Origin: Candidatus Krumholzibacteriia bacterium
GTDB taxonomy: Bacteria > Krumholzibacteriota > Krumholzibacteriia > LZORAL124-64-63
Assembly (NCBI GenBank): GCA_024762975.1
Contig: JANTGJ010000001.1
Location: forward strand, 2,084-66,083
Length of the DNA: 64,000 nucleotides
Direction: 5' to 3'
Positions within the stretch are counted from its first letter, which is position 1; the number at the start of each line of letters is the position of its first letter. The notes beneath the pieces are model-generated. The model was given only the letters and a program-made list of their open reading frames with translations. It did not search any database and was not told the DNA's origin. Shown piece by piece: positions 56,137 to 64,000 of this stretch. The position numbers and the translations under genes are program-made.

Positions 56137-58572
56137 ATGGAAGCCACTAACACGCAAATGAAGACCGTGGTCTTCGATGACGCGATCGTTCGAGCGTTTT
56201 CGATCGTCACCGTTGTATGGGGAATTGTCGCTTTCCTGGCTGGTGCCTGGATTGCCGCGGCGCTGTCTTTCTGGCAGGTGAACCTCGATCTCGAGTGGCT
56301 CAGTTTCGGGCGTTTGCGGCCGCTGCACACCAACGCCGCGATTTTCGCATTTGTCGGCAATGGAATGTTTGCCGGCATCTACTACTCCACCCAGCGATTG
56401 CTCAAGGTCCGGATGGCTAACGATTTCCTGAGCTGGGCCAACTTCTGGGGCTGGCAGCTGGTCATCGTGCTGGCGGCCGTCACCTACCCGCTCGGGCTGA
56501 CCCAAAGCAAGGAGTACGCGGAGCTGATCTGGCCCATCGACCTGTTGGTCGTAGTCGTCTGGGTTGTTTTCGCCATCAACTTCTTCTGGACGCTGGCCAA
56601 GCGGAATGAAAAAAATCTGTACGTCGCGATCTGGTTCTATATCTCGACCATCGTGACCATTGCGGTGCTGTACATCGTCAACAATCTGCAGATTCCGACC
56701 AGCCTGACGCACAGCTATCCGATCTTCGGCGGAGTTCAGGACGCCCTCGTGCAGTGGTGGTACGGACACAACGCCGTGGCCTTCTTCCTGACCACGCCGC
56801 CGCTGGGCCTGATGTACTACTTCATGGTCAAGGCGGCCGAGCGTCCGGTGTATTCGTATCGGCTGTCGGTGGTTCACTTCTGGTCTCTGATTTTCCTGTA
56901 TATCTGGGCCGGGCCGCACCATCTGCTGTACACGGCCCTGCCCGACTGGGCGCAGACTCTGGGCATGATCTTTTCGGTGATGCTGTGGGCTCCGAGCTGG
57001 GGCGGTATGCTGAACGGGTTGCTGACGCTGCGCGGCGCCTGGGACAAGTTGCGCACCGATCCGGTCATCAAGTTCTTCGTTGTCGCCGTCACCTTCTACG
57101 GCATGAGCACGTTCGAGGGACCGTTGCTGTCCATCAAGAGTGTTTCCGCGCTGGGCCATTACACCGATTGGATCATTGGCCACGTTCACGGCGGCGCGCT
57201 GGGCTGGAACGGCTTCATGACCTTCGGTATCCTGTACTGGATGTGGCCGAGGTTGTACGGAACCAAATTGTGGTCCAAACGGCTGGCCGAGTGGCACTTC
57301 TGGTTCGCGACGATCGGAATCCTGATGTACATCGTTTCGATGTGGGTCAGCGGTGTCAGCCAGGGTCTGTTCTGGCGCGCCATGGACGCCGAGGGTTACC
57401 TGATGTACCCCGACTTCATCGAGGGACTGACCAATAGTCGTGCCATGTACGCGACGCGTCTGGCCGGCGGAGTATTGTATCTGGCCAGCGCCTTCCTGCT
57501 GGTCTGGAACCTGATCATGACCGCCAAGCAGGGAAGTCCCGCCACGGTCAGTATCCAGGTTCCGGCGAAGCGTGCCGAGGGTGACAAGGAAAGCGCCTGG
57601 AAGTTGCTGACCAGCGCTCCGATGCTGTTCATCGGAGGAATCCTGGTATTGGCGATCTGGTTCGGCGCCTCGGGCGGACTGCTCAGTCCGGTACTGTTGG
57701 CGGTGTTGATCGTCGTTTTCGTGGCTGGAATTATTTCGTACGGCCTGCACCAGCGAAAATGGGGCGAGTGGTACGGGCTGGTCGAGCGCCACGCACTGGT
57801 GTTCACGATCCTGGCCCTGGTTGCCATCCTGATCGGCGGTGCGGTCGAGATCATCCCTACGATCATCGTCAGCGAGAAAGTGCCGATGAACATCACGGCC
57901 GAGATGATCGAGGCCGACCCCGAGTTGGCGGAGACCGCGAAATGGCTGCAGAAGCCTTACACTCCGCTGGAACTGGCCGGGCGGGACGTCTACGTTTCCG
58001 AAGGGTGCTATACCTGTCATAGCCAGATGATTCGTCCCTTCCGGCACGAGGTACTGCGCTACGGCGACTACTCCCGGCTCGAAGAATCCTTGCTGGATTT
58101 CCCCTTCCAGTGGGGCTCGAAACGCACCGGGCTGGATCTGGCGCGCGTGGGGGGCAAGTACGACCACTTGTGGCACTACCTTCACCTGATGGATCCGCGC
58201 TCGACTTCGCCGGCATCGAATATGCCGACCTACACGCACTTCAAGACCAAGACCCTGGATGCGGCGGTCTATGTCGGACGCATGCGCGTGCTGGCCAAGC
58301 TCGGCGTACCGTACACCGACGAGGACTTCGCCCGCGCCGAGGCCCGGTTCGCGCAGCAGGGACAGGAGATTTCCGACTACCTGAGCGAAAAGGGTGTCGA
58401 AGTGGCGCCGAATTCGGAACTCGTCGCCGTGATCGCCTATCTGCAGCAGTTGGGAAAAACCAACGAACTGCCGCAGCCGGCGACGCCCGTCGAGGCGCCG
58501 GCTCCGGAGGCGGCTCCGGCCGAGGGTGAAGCCACAACCGCGGCGCTGGAAACAGCGCCGGCCGGGGAGTAG
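56137..58572 (+). CDS. ccoNO: cbb3-type cytochrome c oxidase subunit I fused to subunit II (CcoNO fusion)
   Basis: The heme-copper oxidase subunit I core has conserved His ligands ('WAGPHHL', 'HYTDWIIGHVHGGALGW'). A C-terminal mono-heme cytochrome c domain follows ('CYTCHSQMIRPF…MPTY'). GAAGGAGG RBS. ATG 56137 is preferred over GTG 56128. Confidence 0.85.
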   Translation: MEATNTQMKTVVFDDAIVRAFSIVTVVWGIVAFLAGAWIAAALSFWQVNLDLEWLSFGRLRPLHTNAAIFAFVGNGMFAGIYYSTQRLLKVRMANDFLSWANFWGWQLVIVLAAVTYPLGLTQSKEYAELIWPIDLLVVVVWVVFAINFFWTLAKRNEKNLYVAIWFYISTIVTIAVLYIVNNLQIPTSLTHSYPIFGGVQDALVQWWYGHNAVAFFLTTPPLGLMYYFMVKAAERPVYSYRLSVVHFWSLIFLYIWAGPHHLLYTALPDWAQTLGMIFSVMLWAPSWGGMLNGLLTLRGAWDKLRTDPVIKFFVVAVTFYGMSTFEGPLLSIKSVSALGHYTDWIIGHVHGGALGWNGFMTFGILYWMWPRLYGTKLWSKRLAEWHFWFATIGILMYIVSMWVSGVSQGLFWRAMDAEGYLMYPDFIEGLTNSRAMYATRLAGGVLYLASAFLLVWNLIMTAKQGSPATVSIQVPAKRAEGDKESAWKLLTSAPMLFIGGILVLAIWFGASGGLLSPVLLAVLIVVFVAGIISYGLHQRKWGEWYGLVERHALVFTILALVAILIGGAVEIIPTIIVSEKVPMNITAEMIEADPELAETAKWLQKPYTPLELAGRDVYVSEGCYTCHSQMIRPFRHEVLRYGDYSRLEESLLDFPFQWGSKRTGLDLARVGGKYDHLWHYLHLMDPRSTSPASNMPTYTHFKTKTLDAAVYVGRMRVLAKLGVPYTDEDFARAEARFAQQGQEISDYLSEKGVEVAPNSELVAVIAYLQQLGKTNELPQPATPVEAPAPEAAPAEGEATTAALETAPAGE

Positions 58573-58575
58573 CCA

Positions 58576-58836
58576 GTGTACCAGGAATTCTACTCCAAGA
58601 GCGACCTGTTGGTCTGGCCCGTGTTGGCGCTGCTCATCTTCGTGATGATCTTCGTCGGCGTGCTGGCCTATGTGTTCCTCGGATTGCGCGATCAGAAGAA
58701 GATCGACGAAATGGCGTCGCTGCCTTTCGTGTCCGAACAGGAAACCGACACGCGAATTGATCCGGACAATCACGGCCGCAACGAGCCTGTGGTGACCGAC
58801 CCGGCCCATGAGTTGCAAGATGGGAGGACCCGTTAA
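58576..58836 (+). CDS. ccoQ: CcoQ-like small membrane subunit of cbb3 oxidase
   Basis: GTG start. Single TM 'LLVWPVLALLIFVMIFVGVLAYVF', and its position between ccoNO and ccoP is conserved. Confidence 0.45.
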   Translation: MYQEFYSKSDLLVWPVLALLIFVMIFVGVLAYVFLGLRDQKKIDEMASLPFVSEQETDTRIDPDNHGRNEPVVTDPAHELQDGRTR

Positions 58837-59433
58837 ATGAGCGAGCATCAGGAACCGACGCGCGACAACCGCGAAGAATACCGGCAGGACACGATCCTGA
58901 CCCATGAGTTCGATGGGATTCAGGAATTCGACAATCGTTTGCCCAACTGGTGGTTGTGGATCATGTGGGGCTCGATGGTCTTCGCATTGCTCTACTGGCT
59001 GGTATTCCACACCCTGGAGTTGCGGGATCTGCCCCGGGCAGACTTCGAGACCTCCATGCAGGTGGCCCAGGAGGCCGAACTGGCCCGCATGGCCGCCGCC
59101 GGCATGAACGACGAAACGCTCTGGGCCATGAGTCAGATGGACACGAAGGTGGCCGAAGGCCGCGAGATCTTCAGCAAACACTGCGTGGCCTGCCACCTCG
59201 ATCAGGGGCAGGGCATGGTCGGACCGAACCTGACCGACAATGTGTGGATCCATGGCTGCAAGCCGATGGACCTGCTGAACACGGTTTATGAAGGCGTCGC
59301 TGCCAAGGGGATGCCCGCCTGGTTGAATCAGTTGGGTCCGACCCGGGCGCAATCCGCCGTGGCCTATGTGCTGACCTTGCGGAATACGAACGTGCCGGGC
59401 AAGGCACCCGAAGGCGAGCCCTGCGTTGAGTAA
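58837..59433 (+). CDS. ccoP: cbb3-type cytochrome c oxidase subunit III (CcoP), mono-heme form
   Basis: GGGAGG RBS. An N-terminal FixP_N-like segment ('THEFDGIQEFDNRLPNWW') and TM are followed by a single 'CVACH' heme-binding motif and 'GMPAW'. Confidence 0.75.
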   Translation: MSEHQEPTRDNREEYRQDTILTHEFDGIQEFDNRLPNWWLWIMWGSMVFALLYWLVFHTLELRDLPRADFETSMQVAQEAELARMAAAGMNDETLWAMSQMDTKVAEGREIFSKHCVACHLDQGQGMVGPNLTDNVWIHGCKPMDLLNTVYEGVAAKGMPAWLNQLGPTRAQSAVAYVLTLRNTNVPGKAPEGEPCVE

Positions 59434-60811
59434 GCCCGCACAGAGGCGGCCGGATCTCAATACGGTCTATACGATCAACGACGACGGCTCGCGAAATTTC
59501 CTGCAGGTCGCCGATGTCCGCGGACGCTGGCAGCGCATCAAGAAGACGGGCTATTGGCTTTTGAACCTGGTTTTCGTGGCGTTGCCCCTGATCCAGGTCG
59601 GGGGCCACCCGGCGGTGCACATCGATATTCCGAGGCGGACGGCACATCTGTTCGGCGGCACCTTTACGAACCAGGACTTCCACCTGGTGTTCTTCCTGCT
59701 GATCGGCATGGGGCTGGGTCTTTTCGTGCTGACGTCCCTGGCGGGGCGCGTGTGGTGCGGATTTCTCTGTCCCCAGACGGTCTTCATGGAGGGCGTATTC
59801 CGCCCCATCGAACGTTTCATCGAGGGGGATCGCTTCCAGCGAGCGAAGCGCAAGAAGCAAGGCGGCGCCGGCAATACCGGCCGCAAGCTGGCCAAGCACA
59901 CGGTGTTCCTGCTTCTGGCGTGGGCCATATCGATCTGGTTCATGGCCTACTTCATTCCGGTCCGCGAACTGCTGGGGTTGCTGCCCCATTTCCCGGGTCA
60001 CACGACGGCCCTGTTGTGGAGCTTGTTCTGGACCGGCATGCTGTACTTCGACTACAGCTGGTTCCGCGAGCAGACCTGCCTGATCATCTGTCCCTACGGT
60101 CGATTGCAGGCCACACTCGTGGACTATGACACCGTCATCATCGGCTATGACAAGAAGCGCGGCGAACCGCGGGGCAAGGGCGTCGAGAGCGGTGGGGACT
60201 GCATCGACTGCCGACGCTGTGTCGACGTGTGTCCGACCGGCATCGACATCCGCAACGGATTGCAGATGGAATGCATCGGTTGCACGAACTGTGTCGATGC
60301 CTGCGACGAGATCATGGACAAGATCAAGAAACCGCGGGGGCTGGTGCGTTTCGACTCCAGCCGCGGTTTCGAGACCGGAGTCAGCCACTTCTTCCGGGGC
60401 CGGTTCTGGATCTATGCGGTCGCGTTCGCGGCCCTGGCCACGTTGTTCGTTGTCCGCGTCGGATCCCGCGACTCCTTCCATGTGACGGTGATGCGCCCGC
60501 GGGGAATTCCCTTCACCATGGAAGAAGGGCGGATCCGTAATCTGTATACCTTCCATCTGCAGAACAAGACCGACGACGAGAAGGTGTACCTGATCGCTCC
60601 CGCCGCCGAAGTCTTCGCCGATGTCGAGGGTGTCGAATACATCATTCCGCAGCCTCGTGTCGCTCTGGCGCCGCTGTCCGATCAGCAGGTCACGCTGTTC
60701 GCGTCGATGCCGCGCGAGGGCTATGTCTCGGGCCGGGATTTCATCTTTACCGTCACGGATTCGGCGACCAGTGTCGTGAAAAACGTGAAGGTGCGTTTCA
60801 GGGGACCATGA
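59426..60811 (+). CDS. ccoG: cytochrome c oxidase accessory protein CcoG/FixG (4Fe-4S ferredoxin-type)
   Basis: TM helices plus 'CIDCRRCVDVCP' and 'CIGCTNCVDACD' ferredoxin motifs and a C-terminal FixG_C-like beta domain. TTG start overlapping the ccoP stop. Confidence 0.8.
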   Translation: MSKPAQRRPDLNTVYTINDDGSRNFLQVADVRGRWQRIKKTGYWLLNLVFVALPLIQVGGHPAVHIDIPRRTAHLFGGTFTNQDFHLVFFLLIGMGLGLFVLTSLAGRVWCGFLCPQTVFMEGVFRPIERFIEGDRFQRAKRKKQGGAGNTGRKLAKHTVFLLLAWAISIWFMAYFIPVRELLGLLPHFPGHTTALLWSLFWTGMLYFDYSWFREQTCLIICPYGRLQATLVDYDTVIIGYDKKRGEPRGKGVESGGDCIDCRRCVDVCPTGIDIRNGLQMECIGCTNCVDACDEIMDKIKKPRGLVRFDSSRGFETGVSHFFRGRFWIYAVAFAALATLFVVRVGSRDSFHVTVMRPRGIPFTMEEGRIRNLYTFHLQNKTDDEKVYLIAPAAEVFADVEGVEYIIPQPRVALAPLSDQQVTLFASMPREGYVSGRDFIFTVTDSATSVVKNVKVRFRGP

Positions 60812-60814
60812 TTC

Positions 60815-61030
60815 ATGGGAAAATGGTTATATGACCGGCCTTGGATCTGGATCGTCCTGCTGTTGACGGTCCTGGTCTTCTCGGGCTTGGCCGTTGTGGT
60901 CATCGCCGAGAGGAACCGACCGGTGATTGTGAAAGAAAAGCGACACTCCTCCCGGGTGGAGGCGATGTCGGAATGGGGTAACCCGAGCTGGGCGGCCGAG
61001 CCGCCGATGCGAAAGGGGCGAGTCGTTTGA
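60815..61030 (+). CDS. small membrane protein (possibly a truncated FixH/CcoH-like anchor)
   Basis: Single TM 'RPWIWIVLLLTVLVFSGLAVVVIA' right after ccoG. It is too short for a full FixH. Positional inference only. Confidence 0.3.
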   Translation: MGKWLYDRPWIWIVLLLTVLVFSGLAVVVIAERNRPVIVKEKRHSSRVEAMSEWGNPSWAAEPPMRKGRVV

Positions 61031-61740
61031 CTCAGGAGAACAGGAAAGATCCGAACACGACGGATCCGGGGCCGAACCGCAGGGACTCCGGCGGCCATTT
61101 CGTTTTTCCCCGCTGGACCAACCTGCTGCGTGAGCTTTCCGCATTGCTTGCCGTCGGGGGACTCGTCTACGCGGTCCTGCTGGTCACGTGGGGCCTCTCG
61201 CCGCAGAATTCGGCCATAGGCTACGCGCCCGAGCAGCCGGTACCCTACAGCCACGAGCTGCACGTCGGTCGTATGGGCATGGATTGTCGCTATTGCCACA
61301 CCGGTGTCGAGACCGGAGCGAAAGCCAATGTGCCGCCGACGGCGACCTGCATGAACTGCCACGCCACGGTCAAGACCGAGAGCGAGAAGTTGGCGCCCAT
61401 CCGCAAGAGTTATGAGACGGGTGAACCCATGGAGTGGGAGAAGGTCCACGATCTGCCGGATTTCGTGTACTTCAACCACGCCGGTCACATCCAATCCGGT
61501 GTCGGCTGTATCAGCTGTCACGGCCGGGTCGACCGCATGGAGGTTGTCCGCCAGGAAGCTCCCCTGAACATGAGCTGGTGCCTCGATTGTCATCGGGATC
61601 CCGATCCGAATCTGCGTCCCGTCGAGTTCGTCACGGACATGGAATGGAAGCCCGAGGGGGATCCGCGCGAGCTGGGCGCAAAGTTGCGCGAGCAGCACGG
61701 TATCAACCCGTCGACCGATTGCGTGACCTGTCACAGGTAG
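61027..61740 (+). CDS. actA: alternative complex III pentaheme cytochrome c subunit ActA
   Basis: Five CxxCH motifs (CRYCH, CMNCH, CISCH, CLDCH, CVTCH) after an N-terminal TM anchor. Immediately followed by a TAT-signal ActB-like gene. TTG start. Confidence 0.75.
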   Translation: MTQENRKDPNTTDPGPNRRDSGGHFVFPRWTNLLRELSALLAVGGLVYAVLLVTWGLSPQNSAIGYAPEQPVPYSHELHVGRMGMDCRYCHTGVETGAKANVPPTATCMNCHATVKTESEKLAPIRKSYETGEPMEWEKVHDLPDFVYFNHAGHIQSGVGCISCHGRVDRMEVVRQEAPLNMSWCLDCHRDPDPNLRPVEFVTDMEWKPEGDPRELGAKLREQHGINPSTDCVTCHR

Positions 61741-61761
61741 ATAGGACTGGTAGGAAAGGAA

Positions 61762-64000
61762 ATGTCCGAGATGAGCAACTTCAACGGTCCGGGCCACTGG
61801 CGCTCGTTGCAGCAGCTGGCCGACACCGACGAGTTCCGTGCCTCCGTGGAGAACGAATTCCCCGCCGGCATCGAGGTCGAGCAGGATGGCGTCAGCCGTC
61901 GCCGCTTCCTCCAGATCATGTCCGCTTCGATGGCCATGGCCACGCTGGCGGGTTGCCGTTGGCCGGAAGAGAAAATCGTTCCCTTCGTCAAGCGTCCCGC
62001 CGGGATGGACCCGGGTACGCCGATGCAATTCGCCACGACGATGGAGCGCGGTCCCAATACGTTGTCCGTACTAGCCACCAGCTACGATGGCCGGCCGATC
62101 AAGATCGACGGCAATCCCGACGTGGATCTCAGCCGGGGCGCGACCGATGTCTTTGCCCAGGCCAGTGTTTTGGATGTCTACGACCCGGATCGCAGTCAAA
62201 AGGTGATCCGCCGCGAGAACGGCACCGATACCGACAGCAGTTGGGCTGATTTCGCCGCTTTCCTCGGGGGCGGAGGTGCGGGAGTGACTTCGCAGGTCGC
62301 GGTCCTGACCGAGGCGACCTCGTCACCGTCGGTGATGGGGCTCCTGGGCAAGGCTCGGGCCGCCGGGGTGAAAATCTACCTGCACGAACCGGTCTGTCGT
62401 CGCAACGAGATCGCGGGTGTCGCGATGGCCTTTGGCCAGCCGGCCAAGCCGCAACTGGACCTCTCGCAGGCCCAGGTCATCGTCGATTTCGACGCGAACG
62501 TGCTGCAGGACCATGCCTCGGCGCTGCGCAACAACAAGCAGTTCGCCGCCGGGCGCGATGCAGAGTCCGGAAAGATGAACCGGCTGTACAGTTTCGAGCC
62601 ATCGTTCAGTACCACCGGCGGCATGGCCGATCACCGTTTCCCGACCGCCGCGGCCGATATCGCACCGACGGTGTGGGCACTGGCCGCACAGCTCTTCCTG
62701 GTCGAGGGACTGCCGCTGCCGTCGAATGCGGGCATCAAATACGGTGACCTGACGAAGTGGAAGGAACACGCCGCACGCATCCCGCATCTGGATGCCGTGG
62801 CGCGCGACCTGATCGCGCATCGCGGTCACAGTCTGTTGGTCGCCGGACTGCGCCAGGATCCCGAGGTCCACGCCGCGCTGCACATCATGAACCGAGCCCT
62901 GGGCAACATCGGCAGGACGATCAGCTTCCTGCCGCTGGAGATGCCCGAGCTGAAATTCATCGAGGACCTGACGGCCGATCTGAACCGCGGTGGCATTCGC
63001 ACGGTGATGATTCTGGGTGGCAATCCGGTCTTCACCGCGCCCGCCGATCTGGACTTCGCGACGGCACTGCAGAAGGCTCCGGTTCGCATTCATCTGAGCA
63101 GCCATGACGATGAGACCAGCGCGATGTGCACCTGGCACCTGCCGCGCGCGCACTACCTGGAAAGCTGGGGCGATGCGACCGGCTGGGACGGCACGCGCCT
63201 GGCTGTGCAGCCGCTGATCGAGCCCTTGTACGATGGGCGAACGGTGACCGAAGTGCTTTCTCTGGCGTTCGAGGAAACTCCGCGCGCGGCTTTCACGATC
63301 GCGCGCGACACCTTTTTCGCGCAGGAAGGCGGCAAGGGCTCCGCGCCGGCGACCGATGCCGACGAGGACTTCGAGAAGAAGTGGCGCAAGTTCATCCACG
63401 ACGGACAGGTCCGGGACAGCGCGCCCGCTGCACGGACCCTGACGCTGGCCGGTCGGCCGATCCCCGAGCCGAAAATGGACGCGGGCCTGTCGGCACAGAA
63501 TCTGGAAATCATTTTTGCCCAGGATCCGTCGCTCTTCGATGGTCGCTACGCCAACAACGCGTGGCTGCAGGAGATGCCGGACTTCATGACCAAGCTGACC
63601 TGGGACAACGCCGCACTGATCGGCCCGGCTACGGCCGATGAGTTGGGGGTCAAGCACGGCGAGGTCGCGAGTCTGGACTACCAGGGCCGCCAGTTGGAGA
63701 TGGCTGTCTATGTCCTGCCGGGACAAGCGAAAAATTCGGTCGTGTTGCCGTTGGGCTATGGCCGCACCCGGGGCGGTCAGGTTGCCGAAGGCGCTGGCTT
63801 CAACACCTACGCATTGAGGACTTCGGACGCATTGCATCGCGGAGTCGGGCTGAAGCTGACCCACACGGGCCGGGTCTATCCGCTGTCGACGACCCAGGAT
63901 CACCACGCCATCGACGAAGCCGGTGCGCAGGAAATCCAGCGCCGTGTTCCGGGCCTGGTGCGCGAGGGCACGATCGAGCACTACAAGGAGAACGACCACT
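61762..64000 (+). CDS. actB: alternative complex III subunit ActB (molybdopterin-oxidoreductase-like plus Fe-S), 3' end outside the window
   Basis: AAAGGA RBS and twin-arginine signal 'SRRRFLQIMSASMAMATLAGC'. A long open frame runs to the window end with a complex-iron-sulfur-molybdoenzyme-like N-terminal domain. Confidence 0.7.
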   Translation, partial: MSEMSNFNGPGHWRSLQQLADTDEFRASVENEFPAGIEVEQDGVSRRRFLQIMSASMAMATLAGCRWPEEKIVPFVKRPAGMDPGTPMQFATTMERGPNTLSVLATSYDGRPIKIDGNPDVDLSRGATDVFAQASVLDVYDPDRSQKVIRRENGTDTDSSWADFAAFLGGGGAGVTSQVAVLTEATSSPSVMGLLGKARAAGVKIYLHEPVCRRNEIAGVAMAFGQPAKPQLDLSQAQVIVDFDANVLQDHASALRNNKQFAAGRDAESGKMNRLYSFEPSFSTTGGMADHRFPTAAADIAPTVWALAAQLFLVEGLPLPSNAGIKYGDLTKWKEHAARIPHLDAVARDLIAHRGHSLLVAGLRQDPEVHAALHIMNRALGNIGRTISFLPLEMPELKFIEDLTADLNRGGIRTVMILGGNPVFTAPADLDFATALQKAPVRIHLSSHDDETSAMCTWHLPRAHYLESWGDATGWDGTRLAVQPLIEPLYDGRTVTEVLSLAFEETPRAAFTIARDTFFAQEGGKGSAPATDADEDFEKKWRKFIHDGQVRDSAPAARTLTLAGRPIPEPKMDAGLSAQNLEIIFAQDPSLFDGRYANNAWLQEMPDFMTKLTWDNAALIGPATADELGVKHGEVASLDYQGRQLEMAVYVLPGQAKNSVVLPLGYGRTRGGQVAEGAGFNTYALRTSDALHRGVGLKLTHTGRVYPLSTTQDHHAIDEAGAQEIQRRVPGLVREGTIEHYKENDH

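Noticed and set aside
1-64000. CRISPR arrays, rRNA, tRNA, prophage integrases, toxin-antitoxin pairs, restriction-modification or other defence systems
   Set aside because: None found. The only short-period DNA repeats are the in-frame DUF4097 coding repeats and a single 14-bp tandem duplication.

Overview
This 64-kb window is high-GC (roughly 65%), gene-dense bacterial chromosome with a housekeeping and respiratory character. Nearly every long ORF that is antisense to a recognisable gene is a GC-driven shadow ORF and was discarded. I could annotate about 55 CDSs; none of the annotated CDSs shows an internal frameshift. The main blocks, in order along the window, are listed below.

- 1-6.8 kb: the 3' end of a TonB-dependent receptor, thiamine pyrophosphokinase, a sodium:solute symporter, a TMTC/PMT-like membrane protein with TPR repeats, an unusual Fe-S protein and an outer-membrane beta-barrel protein.
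- 6.9-14 kb: a serC-serA-DUF1015 cluster on the minus strand, then a DEAD-box helicase translationally coupled to a membrane fatty-acid desaturase, and an acyltransferase-3.
- 14-25.3 kb: a ten-gene heme biosynthesis operon on the minus strand (hemC-hemD-hemB-hemL-hemE-hemN-hemH-hemY-hemX-hemA), joined mostly by ATGA/TGATG overlaps.
- 25.3-30.4 kb: a DUF4097 repeat protein, an orphan receiver domain, an alpha/beta hydrolase and a HAD-IG 5'-nucleotidase.
- 30.4-31.5 kb: a low-GC stretch holding an internally deleted IS256-family transposase remnant.
- 31.5-42 kb: a SusC-like TonB-dependent receptor, a protein with a T9SS C-terminal sorting domain, and a complete TonB2-type energizing module (DUF3450/TtpB-like, TtpC-like, ExbB, ExbD, TonB, TPR/TtpD-like).
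- 42-42.5 kb: further IS remnants.
- 42.5-49 kb: a second T9SS-CTD protein and a 1597-aa tandem-fused UvrA-like ABC ATPase with four nucleotide-binding domains.
- 49-53.3 kb: a thioesterase, an OPT transporter, a dockerin-like secreted protein and a LolA-like protein.
- 53.3-64 kb: a cbb3 oxidase locus (ccoI, ccoS, fused ccoNO, ccoQ, mono-heme ccoP, ccoG) followed by alternative complex III actA (pentaheme) and the start of actB.

No tRNA, rRNA or CRISPR array was recognised. The combination of T9SS CTDs, a fused CcoNO and ACIII suggests an FCB-superphylum or Gemmatimonadota-like organism, but that is inference only.
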